Source: Vulcanimicrobiota bacterium
Lineage (GTDB): Bacteria; Vulcanimicrobiota; Vulcanimicrobiia; Vulcanimicrobiales; Vulcanimicrobiaceae
Direction: 5' to 3'
NCBI GenBank assembly: GCA_963833095.1
Contig: CAWHWQ010000001.1
Span: forward strand, 288,001-352,000
DNA: 64,000 bases
Below the pieces are notes generated by a model. The model saw nothing but the letters and a program-made list of their open reading frames with translations, had not been told where the DNA came from and ran no database searches. Shown here in pieces: positions 22,212 through 32,252 of the stretch. The first letter of the stretch is position 1. Every line of letters starts with the position of its first letter. The position numbers and the translations under genes were made by a program.

Positions 22212-23090
22212 TTAAAGCAAGGATCGCAACGTCTCCGATCGCAGCAGCTCACGCGCGCGCTCCGCGTCAACCCTGCGCGCGATCATCACCACGGCGACCT
22301 TTGCGCTGCCTCCCGAACTTTCGAGCGCCGCTTGCACGCGCTCATCGTCGGCGCCGGTCAGGATACCTACGAGCCGCTGCGCGCGCGCGCGCAATTTGTC
22401 GTTGGTGGCAACGACGTCGATCATCAGGTTGTCGTGGACCTTACCCATCCGCACCATGACCGCGGTCGAGAGGGTGTTGAGCACGATCTTCTGCGCGGTT
22501 CCGGCTTTCAAACGTGTGGAACCGCTCAAGACCTCGGCCCCGGTCGGCAGCGCGATGGCCTCATCGGCGGCACGAACCAACGCCGATGCGCCGCTGCTCG
22601 TGATGGCGATGGTGAGCGCGCCGATCGAACGCGCGTGCTCGAGCGCAGCGACAACATAGCGCGCGCCACCGCTAGCTGAGATGCCGACCACGACGTCGCC
22701 AGGGGCTACGTGATCGCGCAGCGCGCGTTGGCCCTCCTCCGCATCGTCTTCGGCGCCTTCGACCGCATGGCGCAATGCGCGCTCGCCGCCGGCGATGTGC
22801 GCGCAGACCAGCTCGTTTGGCGTTCCAAACGTCGGCGGCATCTCGGACGCATCGAGCACACCCAAACGTCCGCTCGTACCCGCACCGACATAATGCACGC
22901 GTCCGCCCAAGCGCAACCGCTCTGCCACCGCATCGACCACGCGCGCCAGCGTCGCCGACTGCGCGCGTACTGCCGCAACGGCTTCGCCTTGATCGCGCAC
23001 CAGCAGATCGACGAGGTCGCGCGTCTCGAGCAGGTCGAGGCCGGCACTGTCAGCTTGCCGCTCTTCGGTTGGGGGAAGGCGCTCGCTCAC
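22212..23090 (-). CDS. murQ: N-acetylmuramic acid 6-phosphate etherase
   Basis: GAGTSGRLGVLDASEMPPTF, EGAED, GSTRLKAGTAQK. Confidence 0.95.
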   Translation of the reverse strand: MSERLPPTEERQADSAGLDLLETRDLVDLLVRDQGEAVAAVRAQSATLARVVDAVAERLRLGGRVHYVGAGTSGRLGVLDASEMPPTFGTPNELVCAHIAGGERALRHAVEGAEDDAEEGQRALRDHVAPGDVVVGISASGGARYVVAALEHARSIGALTIAITSSGASALVRAADEAIALPTGAEVLSGSTRLKAGTAQKIVLNTLSTAVMVRMGKVHDNLMIDVVATNDKLRARAQRLVGILTGADDERVQAALESSGGSAKVAVVMIARRVDAERARELLRSETLRSLL

Positions 23091-23983
23091 TGCTTCATCC
23101 TGCGCGCCAGCTCGAGCGCCCCGTGAACTGGAAGCGGTGGCGACTTGATCGGATGCAACAAGGGAAGGTCGGCGAGCAAACGTGTCTCGACCAGATATGA
23201 GAGCAGCGAGTTTTGGGCAAAGAGTCCGCCCGCGAAGACTAGCGGGATTTCGCGCGCCTCGATCTTCGCCAGGCGCACGAGCGCCTTGAGTAACTCCACG
23301 AGTTCCAGCGCGGCCGTCTGGACGATCTTGTTTGCCAGCCGGTCTCCGGAACCGGCGCGGTCCAGAATCAGCGGCGCAATCGAAGCGACGATCGCCACCG
23401 GATGCGGCTCACCATACACGCGACGCAAAAGCTCCTGCGCGTCGTGCACCGCGAGTTGCACGCGCATCGCGTCAAACAGCTCGGTGTGCGCTGCGCGTCC
23501 GTCGTACCACCGCAGCAAGTGGGCCAGCGCGGCGCGACCAATGGCAAATCCCGAGCCGTCATCGCCGAGCAGGTAGCCGTACCCGCCGGTGCGATGGGTC
23601 TCCTCGCCCACATGAGCATACGCAATCGATCCGGTGCCGGCGATCAAAACGGCGCCGTCTCCGTCTGGAACGGCTGCGCGCAATGCGATTTCCGCATCGT
23701 CGAACACCGCGATCGCCGCGCCGGGAAAATGTTCGCGCAGCGCAACCTCGAGCGCGCGTGCCAGCGCGAAGTCGCCGGCACCGGCAGCACCGACGGCGAG
23801 CGCGTCACACGCCTCTCCCCGCAAAGCGCTACGAACCGTCGCCGCGATACGCTCAGCAGCATCGGCAACACCTGCGGTGCGCACGTTGACGCCCTCGCCG
23901 CGCGCGGCGTGCTTGTCACCATCACGCTCGACGACGCACTCGGTCGAGGTGCCGCCGGCATCCAGCCCTATGAAGATCGGCAC
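23087..23983 (-). CDS. BadF/BadG-family amino-sugar (GlcNAc/MurNAc) kinase
   Basis: GLDAGGTST, LIAGTGSIA, GGYGYLLGDDGSG. Confidence 0.88.
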   Translation of the reverse strand: MPIFIGLDAGGTSTECVVERDGDKHAARGEGVNVRTAGVADAAERIAATVRSALRGEACDALAVGAAGAGDFALARALEVALREHFPGAAIAVFDDAEIALRAAVPDGDGAVLIAGTGSIAYAHVGEETHRTGGYGYLLGDDGSGFAIGRAALAHLLRWYDGRAAHTELFDAMRVQLAVHDAQELLRRVYGEPHPVAIVASIAPLILDRAGSGDRLANKIVQTAALELVELLKALVRLAKIEAREIPLVFAGGLFAQNSLLSYLVETRLLADLPLLHPIKSPPLPVHGALELARRMKQ

Positions 23984-25122
23984 TCTTTTTCTACCTCCAA
24001 GATCAATCGGCGCAACGCAAACGGCGCGATTGCTCCCAACGGCACCGCGTGAGAAGCTCCGGTCACGCGCGGCACATTTGCGGCGCGCTCGCGCAGCGTT
24101 TCATAGCCGAGCACGGCAAAGGCGACTGCCTCCTTTGCGTCGCCGCGGACGCCAATCGTCTCGCTAGCTTCGACGCGCGCGTGCGGCAATCGTGCCGCAA
24201 TCCGTCGCAGCAATGCTGGATTGCATGCGCCGCCGCCGCTGCACAGCACGCGTGCAGCCGACATGCCCAGCACCCCGACGGCGTCCGCGATCGCAGCAGC
24301 GCTCAACTCCGTCAGGGTCGCAGCGCCGTCCTCGGTCGATAAACGCTCGAGCACATGGCGATGCGAAAGCAGAAACTGCGCGCCGAACCGCTCCCGTCCG
24401 GTTGATTTTGGCGCAACCAGCGCAAAATACGGATCGCTGAGCATGACGTCGAGCGCCGTCTGGTCCACTTGACCGGCTGCGGCGAGCAAGCCGTCGACGT
24501 CGTAGCGCTGGGTTCCACCGGTACGCATCTGGACAAATGCGTCGATGAGCATCACGCCCGGCCCGCAGTCGAAGGCCTGCACGTCATTTGCTATGCAGCC
24601 GCGCGGCAGCGCCGTCAGGTTCGCGATGCCGCCTATATTGAGCGCCACGCGATCCTCGTTTGGATTCGCGAGCAGCAGCACGTCAACGTAAGGAACCAGT
24701 GGGGCGCCGTTTCCGCCAACGACACAGTCGGCCGTGCGAAAATCGTAGCAGACCGTCGCGCGCAGAGCTTCGCGAATGACGAACGGATCGCCGATCTGCA
24801 GCGTCAGGTGCGCGGCACCATCATGAAACATCGTGTGCCCGTGCGAAGCAACGTAATCCACGCTGAGAGCTCCGCTGGCGCTGCGCGCCGCTCGCGCAAA
24901 CGCGGCACCCAAAGAGCGGTGCAGGCCGGCGATGGCGGCGGCGTTCGCGTCGTGCGGCGGAAGCGCGGCACGCAAGCGTCGCTCGAGCTCACCGTCGAAA
25001 GGCGTCGTTACAAAGTTGAGCAGATCGATTCCATATCCCGCATCACGGGGAACGATGCGCACCAGCGCCGCATCGATTCCATCGAGCGACGTCCCGCTCA
25101 TCAAGCCCACAGCAATCATCAA
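23968..25122 (-). CDS. anmK: Anhydro-N-acetylmuramic acid kinase
   Basis: GLMSGTSLDGIDAA, SHGHT, GNGAPLVP, LNIGGIAN, KSTGRE, AKEAVAFA. Confidence 0.95.
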   Translation of the reverse strand: MMIAVGLMSGTSLDGIDAALVRIVPRDAGYGIDLLNFVTTPFDGELERRLRAALPPHDANAAAIAGLHRSLGAAFARAARSASGALSVDYVASHGHTMFHDGAAHLTLQIGDPFVIREALRATVCYDFRTADCVVGGNGAPLVPYVDVLLLANPNEDRVALNIGGIANLTALPRGCIANDVQAFDCGPGVMLIDAFVQMRTGGTQRYDVDGLLAAAGQVDQTALDVMLSDPYFALVAPKSTGRERFGAQFLLSHRHVLERLSTEDGAATLTELSAAAIADAVGVLGMSAARVLCSGGGACNPALLRRIAARLPHARVEASETIGVRGDAKEAVAFAVLGYETLRERAANVPRVTGASHAVPLGAIAPFALRRLILEVEKECRSS

Positions 25123-26153
25123 CCGAACGTTTCGATGACGGCATCATAAAACGCCACTCGCAGCGGACGGGAATCTTCGCGTCCGAAGTAGACGGCATTG
25201 GTGAGGAGCACCGCTTGCAGGTCGCGGTCGGGATCCGCCCAGACGCAGGTACCCGTAAAACCCGTGTGACCGAAGCTGCGCGGACCAAAGCCGGCGCCGC
25301 ACGAATTTTCGTCGGTCGTTTTGAGCGCCCAGCCAAGACCCCGTCGCAACACCGGATCGTCGGCGGCGCACGCGATGGCTTCACGTGCCAATGCCGGAGA
25401 GAGGAGCGACGGCGCGCGTCCGCACGCCGCCCCGAGGTAGATCTCGGTCAGCGCGGCGACGCCGGCGGCGCTCCCGAAGAGGCCGGCGTGCCCGGCGATG
25501 CCATTCATCAAGTGCGCCTTTTCGTCGTGCACGCTGCCCTGCACGCGGCCGCGCCAGCGATCTTCTTCCGTCGCCGGAATCGCGGCGCGTTCGCGAGCGA
25601 GCGGGTTGAACTCTACCTGCGAACCCCAAAGCCGCGCGCTCGATGCCAAAAGCGATCGCCGCGTGATCCGTTCGATCGCGACGCCCAGCGCGATCATTCC
25701 AAGATCGCTGTAGATCACGCGCTCGCCGGGCCGCGCCGCCAGCGGCCGCCGCAGCGCAAAATCCGCTACTTGCGTATCGAGCAGCGTACGGTAGTCGGCG
25801 CCCGAGTGCATGCCCGACGTATGGGCTAGCAACATCCTGGGCGTGATTCGCGCATGTTCGGTGCCTTCCCATTCGGGAAGGTACGCGCACAGCGTGGTGT
25901 CGAGATCGATGACACCGCGCGCCACGAGATCGAGCGCAATCGTCGCAACGAATAGCTTCGTGATCGAAGCAAGATCGAAACGCGTGTCGACGTAGACCGC
26001 TTGCGTGTTCGCGTCCAGACGCGTTTCGCCGACGGCGCGCTCGTAGACCAGAACGCCTCCGCGCTCGACACGCGCCAATGCGGCGGTGAAGCTGCGGTTC
26101 TGCGCACCGCTCAGAACGTCGTCGATTGCGGTGACGCGTTCAAGCGAGCGCAA
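25119..26153 (-). CDS. Beta-lactamase-fold serine hydrolase (AmiE-like amidase candidate)
   Basis: FDLASITK (SxxK), YSD, VHDE, GHAGLF, GHTGFTG. Confidence 0.85.
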   Translation of the reverse strand: MRSLERVTAIDDVLSGAQNRSFTAALARVERGGVLVYERAVGETRLDANTQAVYVDTRFDLASITKLFVATIALDLVARGVIDLDTTLCAYLPEWEGTEHARITPRMLLAHTSGMHSGADYRTLLDTQVADFALRRPLAARPGERVIYSDLGMIALGVAIERITRRSLLASSARLWGSQVEFNPLARERAAIPATEEDRWRGRVQGSVHDEKAHLMNGIAGHAGLFGSAAGVAALTEIYLGAACGRAPSLLSPALAREAIACAADDPVLRRGLGWALKTTDENSCGAGFGPRSFGHTGFTGTCVWADPDRDLQAVLLTNAVYFGREDSRPLRVAFYDAVIETFG

Positions 26154-27603
26154 CGGGAAGCACTCCAGCGCTTGGAACGCCGAGGAAGATGACGTCGGAA
26201 AGCCCAGCGAGGCTCACCTCGTCGTTGCCGTAACAGGCCAGCACGTGCCGCGCGCGCGCGAAGAGCGGTACGTCGTATGGTTCGCCGGTCGAAACGACCA
26301 GAGCATCGGGGGCATGCGCGAGGATCGCGTCGATTGCACGCGCCTGACCCTCATGGAGATGCGCGCGATACGCAAGCACGATCGGACGCCGGCTGTTGCT
26401 GCGGACCGCCGCCACTGCTGCTGCGATCTCGCCGTCGTCGGGATCGATGCTCAGCACGCGTTCCTCGAGCGCGGGCGCGTGCGCCGCCAGCGATGCTTGG
26501 CCGAAAACGATCGCGACATCAGCCGGCGCATCGGCGCGCGGCGCTCCCCGCAGGACGGTCACCGCTTCGCGCGCGATGCGGCGGCCGATGCCCGGGTACG
26601 GCGCAAATGCGTGCACGTCGAGCGGTGCGAGGGCCCGGGCCCGCAGCGCCATCACGCGACCGTGCGCCTCGCGCAAACGCTCGAGCGGAAGATCGCCGCC
26701 CTCGACGGCGCGCGCGAGGTGGTGCGCCGCCTCGAATGCTAGCTCCGGATCGTGGCTCACCAGCGCGCAATCGGCGCCTGCAGCGATCGCCTCGGTTACG
26801 CCGCGGACCGTACCAACGCCATGAGCGATCGCGTCCATCTGCATGCAATCGCTGAAACACACCCCCGCGAATCCCCATTCGTTCCGCAAAATGCCGGTGA
26901 GGAACCGGCGCGAGAGCGATGCCGGACGCTCGCCGTCGATCGCCGGTACCGCGACGTGAGCGGCCATGATCGCCACACCATCACCAAGTGTGGCTGCAAA
27001 GGGCGCAAGATCGCGTGTGCGCAGCGTCGCCTCGTCGGAATCCAGGCGTGCCGGCCCGACGTGCGTATCGGACGCGGTCGCGCCATGACCCGGAAAGTGT
27101 TTGAAGGTCGCCGTGATGCCGCCGCTCTCGAGACCGCGCGCAAGCGCGCCGCCAAGTCGCGCTACCAGTTCGCCGCTTGAACCGAAGGCGCGCGTTCCGA
27201 TCACGGTGTTTCGCGAATCGAGCGCCAGATCGAGGACCGGCGCGAAGTCGTGCGTGCAACCTACGCGCCGTAGATCGTGGGCCAGTGCCTCTCCGGCTTC
27301 GAAGGCACGCTCGGCATCGGCGAGCGCACCCAGCGCCATCATCGGCGGAATGGCTTCGAGGCCGGCGCGCAGTCGCATCACGCGCCCACCTTCCTGATCG
27401 ATCGACACGATTGGAGGAATCGACGCCTTTTCGCGTAGAGCATCGGTCAGCGCGCGCGCTTGCGCGACGTCCTCCAGATTTCGCGCGAACAAGATGTACC
27501 CCGCAAAGGGGACGCGTTGCAATGCGGCAATTTCACTCGGGCCCAGGCGCGTTCCATTGAAGCCCGTGATGATGACGCCGCTCGCGAGCTCGAGCGCGTT
27601 CAA
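26140..27603 (-). CDS. nagZ: GH3 beta-N-acetylhexosaminidase
   Basis: DQEGGRV, FAPVLDL, KHFPGHG, DTH, SDCMQM. Confidence 0.93.
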   Translation of the reverse strand: MNALELASGVIITGFNGTRLGPSEIAALQRVPFAGYILFARNLEDVAQARALTDALREKASIPPIVSIDQEGGRVMRLRAGLEAIPPMMALGALADAERAFEAGEALAHDLRRVGCTHDFAPVLDLALDSRNTVIGTRAFGSSGELVARLGGALARGLESGGITATFKHFPGHGATASDTHVGPARLDSDEATLRTRDLAPFAATLGDGVAIMAAHVAVPAIDGERPASLSRRFLTGILRNEWGFAGVCFSDCMQMDAIAHGVGTVRGVTEAIAAGADCALVSHDPELAFEAAHHLARAVEGGDLPLERLREAHGRVMALRARALAPLDVHAFAPYPGIGRRIAREAVTVLRGAPRADAPADVAIVFGQASLAAHAPALEERVLSIDPDDGEIAAAVAAVRSNSRRPIVLAYRAHLHEGQARAIDAILAHAPDALVVSTGEPYDVPLFARARHVLACYGNDEVSLAGLSDVIFLGVPSAGVLPVALA

Positions 27604-28235
27604 ATGCGAATCGTCTGCGCGACGAGTCGACCGCCGACGTCATAGACCGAAATATCGGCATGCTGCCCGCGATGCAAATCGGCGAAGGTCGCGTATTCCC
27701 CGTGCTGATAGATGGTCGTTGCCGGAACGACGGCCACGACCGCAGATCGTGAACCATCACGCACGACGAACGTTCCCCCCGGATAGTCGACCGACTCGAT
27801 CGTTCCGTGAATCTCACGCGCTGGACGCGACGACGGACCGGCCTCGAGAGACCGATAGAGGTTGGGTATCGGTGTCGCCGTCTGCGCCGAAGCAGAGGCG
27901 CTGGGAGCAAACGCAAGCAGAATTGCGAAGACGATCAGCGCGAGCATGCGCTGATAGGCCTCGCGAGCTGCGGCAGCATCCGCGCCGCCCGCGCGAGCAC
28001 CTTCGGCGTAGCCGCGCAACTGGACGACGCTTGCATCGTCGGCTCGCCTGCCCGCCAGGACCAGCCGCAGGGCGACCAGGGTCAGGTCGGGCGTACGAGG
28101 CCCCAGCATCCGCATTCCCTCGTAGAAAGGCGCCGCCTCGGGCAGCGTGCTCCGATTTGCCAGCAATTTTTCAATCACGTCGGCCTTACGCCCGGTTCCG
28201 CGCAGAAGATACTCATCGATCAACTCGAACTGCAT
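27600..28235 (-). CDS. Hypothetical protein: helical N-domain, central hydrophobic segment, C-terminal beta-rich (DUF5666-like) domain
   Basis: MQFELIDEYLLRG...AREAYQRM-LALIVFAILLAFAP-..GTIESVD..TFVV..TTIY..DLHRGQHADI; stop overlaps the nagZ start. Confidence 0.55.
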   Translation of the reverse strand: MQFELIDEYLLRGTGRKADVIEKLLANRSTLPEAAPFYEGMRMLGPRTPDLTLVALRLVLAGRRADDASVVQLRGYAEGARAGGADAAAAREAYQRMLALIVFAILLAFAPSASASAQTATPIPNLYRSLEAGPSSRPAREIHGTIESVDYPGGTFVVRDGSRSAVVAVVPATTIYQHGEYATFADLHRGQHADISVYDVGGRLVAQTIRI

Positions 28236-28239
28236 GAAC

Positions 28240-29718
28240 ATGTTCTTCGCCAAGCGGCTTGCTGTGCTTTTTGCAGTCGGCCTTGCGCTGCTGGCCGCGA
28301 CCCCGCCGCACGAATCGCTCGCCCGACTGCTCGCCCGCATGCGTGAGCGAAGTGGCCCGGTTTGGAGCGCGCACCTCAGTTCGACCTCGCACCTGATCGA
28401 CAGCGGCGAAACGGTCGACCTGCGTAGCGAGTCGTCGGGATTGCGCTTTGCGACGTACCGATGCAACGGCGGCGTGTGCTTGGGAACGTATTTTGACGGC
28501 GAGCGGCTCTTCTCGATCAATATCAACGGTACGACCTTGCCGGAAGCTGACGGCAGCGACCCACTGCTACGGGCCGAGCGCACTGTCGCCTCCCTCGCCT
28601 TTCTCGACCCGGAATTCACCGCGCACGGCGGACGCATCATCGACGACGGCCCGACCATGATCTCGCAGGTCGCTTATCGCACGCTCCTCATCGCGAACGG
28701 CGACAGCGTGCCGATCCTCGTGTACGTCAACCCGAAGACCGCCGCGGTCACGTACATGCGCGATGTCAACGGCGATATGACGTTCGAATACCGCGACTAC
28801 GTGCAGGTCGGTGGGCATTACGAGCTTCCGCTCGAGGTCTATCGTAACGGCGCATTGTTCGAACGATACGATCAACGCGATGCACTGGCCACGTCATTCG
28901 AAACGCCGCATGGCCCCATTGCGGCGTTCTCCTCGATGCCGGCACCCGTTGCTACCGATCCCGACCAAACAACGCCGATCTTCGCCTGTACGCTCGGCGG
29001 CATCGCAACGACGTGCCAGCTCGATAGCGGCAACTCCGGGCTTGCGGTAAGCTCGGCCCTCGCAGAACGGCTCAAAGCTCCGACTATCGGCTCGTTTCAA
29101 GTTCTTGGTTTGGGCGATTACGCGACCGAGGTCGTGCACGCGGGCGAATTGCACGTCGGCGCCATGACGCTCCCGGCGGCGAACTACGTGGTGCTGCACG
29201 ACATCGATCGCTTCGGCTATCAGGTCGTGCTTGGCGCTGACGTCTTCGCCGCAACGACGATCGAGCTGGATAATTCGGCCCACCGCGTCGTGTTCGGTGC
29301 GTCGGCACCGCAAAATGGTTTCACCGTGCCTCTCGCATTCGATAATTTCGTGCCCGTGGTCGACGTGCGCCTGGGCACCTTGCCGGCGTCGCTCACGCTC
29401 GATACCGGCGACGAATCGAATATCAATCTCGCCTACAACTATTATCAGGCGCATCGCGAGCTGTTCCGGGCAACCCGTCAGCAAACCGTCGACGGCGTCG
29501 GCGGTTCGAGCGTCGAGGTGTTCGGCACCATTCCGCTGGTGCAAATCGGAGGCTATTCGATCCAGTCATCGACCATCGGTGCGACGGAGAGCCTGCAAGG
29601 AAACGAGCTTGGACACTTGGGCGCCGGGTTGCTCGCGCGTTTCAACGTGACGATCGACTACGCGGCGGGCGAACTGCACTTCGTACCGCTGGCTGTGCAA
29701 TCACCGAACCCTCCGTAG
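28240..29718 (+). CDS. Secreted retropepsin-like aspartyl protease (two domains); start uncertain
   Basis: Signal peptide; LDSG and LDTG catalytic motifs with VLGAD and HLGAG..VTIDY. Confidence 0.8.
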   Translation: MFFAKRLAVLFAVGLALLAATPPHESLARLLARMRERSGPVWSAHLSSTSHLIDSGETVDLRSESSGLRFATYRCNGGVCLGTYFDGERLFSININGTTLPEADGSDPLLRAERTVASLAFLDPEFTAHGGRIIDDGPTMISQVAYRTLLIANGDSVPILVYVNPKTAAVTYMRDVNGDMTFEYRDYVQVGGHYELPLEVYRNGALFERYDQRDALATSFETPHGPIAAFSSMPAPVATDPDQTTPIFACTLGGIATTCQLDSGNSGLAVSSALAERLKAPTIGSFQVLGLGDYATEVVHAGELHVGAMTLPAANYVVLHDIDRFGYQVVLGADVFAATTIELDNSAHRVVFGASAPQNGFTVPLAFDNFVPVVDVRLGTLPASLTLDTGDESNINLAYNYYQAHRELFRATRQQTVDGVGGSSVEVFGTIPLVQIGGYSIQSSTIGATESLQGNELGHLGAGLLARFNVTIDYAAGELHFVPLAVQSPNPP

Positions 29719-29721
29719 CGA

Positions 29722-31798
29722 CTAGCGCCGATGTCCCGATTGCAGGTCGCTGAGCGCGTCGAGCGCGTCTTGCGGCGGCCCGGGTTCACCAAGGAAATAG
29801 CCTTGGACTTCATACGCGCCGATCGCGCGAATTTGCTCGAGCGTGACCCGCGATTCGATGCCTTCCGCGACCGAGGTGAGACCGAGATTTTCGGCCAGCG
29901 TCACGATCGTTTTGACGATCGCCTCGTCTTGCGAACCCGGCAACATGTCGCGCAGGAAACTTCGATCGATTTTGAGCGTGTCGATCGGAAAGCGCCGCAA
30001 ATAGCCAAGCGACGTGTAGCCCGTTCCAAAATCGTCGACTGATAAACGTACCCCTAAGCCTTTAAGCTCGTGCAGCATCGCGATACCGCCCGAGATGTCG
30101 CGCATGATCGAGCTCTCGGTCAATTCGAGTTCGAGTCGCGAGGGCGCTATGCCCGACTCGCGCGATATCCGCGCGATCGAATCGCGCAGTCCCGCCCGCT
30201 CGAATTGACGTGCGGAGATGTTGACGCAGACGCGTGGAATCTCGATGCCCCGCGCGTCCCACTCCTCAAGCTGCCGGCAGACGTCGCGCAACACAAAGAC
30301 GCCGAGGTCGTCGATTGCTCCCGTCTCCTCTGCCAAATGAATGAAGTGTTCGGGCGACAAGAGCCCGAGATCGGATGCTGCCAGCGGACCAGCGCCTCGA
30401 ATCCGGTGAACGAAAGATCGTCTGCGCGAAAGATCGGTTGATAGTGCAAAACGAACTGCCCGGCACTGCGGCCCCGCGAAGATCGCGCTTGAGCGAGAGG
30501 CGCTGCGACGACGATGCGATCATGCTCGGTACAAAGAACCGGAAGGCGTGCCCCCCGGCGGCCTTTGCGGCCTGCATCGCGGCCTCCGACGAACGGATCA
30601 GCGTTTGCGTGTCCGCGCCGTCTTCTGGGAAGGATGCAAGACCCGAACTCGCACTGACGTAGACGTCGATATCGCCGACCACGAAAGGAGCGTCGAATGA
30701 TGCGTGGAGACGCTCGAGGAACGCGCGGCCCTGCGTGGGTTCGAAGCGTCGACCAACAGGACGCGAATTGGTCGTCGCCGATGCGCGAGACCGTAGCGCC
30801 CCGTCGACCAGACGGCGCATGCGGCTCGCGATCATGCGCAACACTTCGTCGCCGTTGCTGGTTCCGTAGAGATCGTTGACTTCGCGAAAGGCGTCGAGAT
30901 CGGTGGTAATAACGTGCAGCGGAGTGCGATGCCGCTGCGCCATCGAGATGGCTTGCATCATACGGTCCTCGAGCAATGCGCGGTTCGGCAGATCCGTCAG
31001 CGGATCGTATTGCGCGAAATACGCCAGGCGCTGCTCGGCGATCTTGCGCTCGGTGATGTCGAAGGCGACCGCGATCGTGCCGACGATGCGTCTGTCGACG
31101 TCGCGCAGAGGCTCGACGTGTCCGCGGAACGTCTTGCCGCCCCAGATCATCTCGTACTCGGCGGCGCCGCCTTGCAGCGCTTGCAGATGCGCGTGACGGA
31201 TCGGAAAGCGCGACTCGTCGGCCAGCAGCGCCGAGCTCGCGACGTGCGTGCCGATCAGCGCTTCGGGGGCGTCGGGAACCTGAGAAAGCTGCGCGCCTTC
31301 GACCGACGTGACCGTGAGCGCGGTGTCGCACGAGATGACCAGCGCCGGGAGTTGTTCGAAAAGCAGGCGCAGCCGCGTCTCGCGCTCGCGAAGCTGCTCT
31401 TCCATGAGCGCGCGGGCGCGTCGCAGTTCGGCATCGCGCAGCGCGCGTTCGGCGGCGGGCCCGAGACGCTTGAGGTTGTTCTTGAAGACGTAATCGTAGG
31501 CGCCCAAGCGGATCGTTTCGACGGCGGCTTCTTCGCCGACCGCGCCCGAGACGACAAGCGTGGGCACGTCGGTACCCGCGGTCTGAACAGCTCGAGCATG
31601 CGCGATCGCGCTAGAACGCCGGCATCGAGTAATCGCACAGGATAAGGTCCCACTGCTCGGACAGCGCGACCCGCGCTGCCTCGTCGCTCGTCCACTCGCG
31701 CGCTTTCGCAACGCGAATCCGTGGCGTTGCAGCGCCAGAACGTTGAGCTCGGCATCGTCGGGCGAATCGTCGACGCAGAGCACCCGAAGCTCGGCAAG
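29722..31798 (-). CDS. REC-PAS-GGDEF(degenerate)-EAL c-di-GMP phosphodiesterase, frameshifted
   Basis: REC LCVDDSPDD; PAS; YDPLTDLPNR; SRIGDDQF; FEALVRWQHP; ELELTES; DDFGTGYTSL; QGY. Confidence 0.85.
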
Positions 31799-32242
31799 CT
31801 ACAAGCCTCCCCCCCATCGCGGGCGGCGGTTCGTTGAGCACGAGCCAATACAACCCGACTTGGCGCACGGCTTCGACGAACTCGTTGAAGTCGACCGGTT
31901 TGCGAACGTAGCTGTTCACCCCAAGCCGGTAGCCTTCGAGCAGATCTTCTTCTTGCTTGCTGGACGTAAGGATGACCGTCGGATCAGAGCGCGTCGCATC
32001 GTTAGCGCGAACTTGTTCCAGCACTTCAAGTCCGGAGATCTTCGGCAGCTTGAGGTCGAGCAGGATCAGCTGCGGCAAGCCCCTCGCACCGGTTTGCGCT
32101 TGGCTGAAAAGAAACTCGCACGCTTCGGCGCCGTCGCGCAGCACGACGACCTCGTTGATGATGTGATTCTTCGCGAAGGCGCGCTGCGTGAGTTCGATAT
32201 CGTCCGGGTTGTCTTCGACGAGCAGAATGTACGGCTTTCCAT
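31799..32242 (-). CDS. Single-domain response regulator (Rcp1-like), frameshifted
   Basis: [42 protein letters not shown]. Confidence 0.85.
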
Positions 32243-32252
32243 CGAGTCCGGC

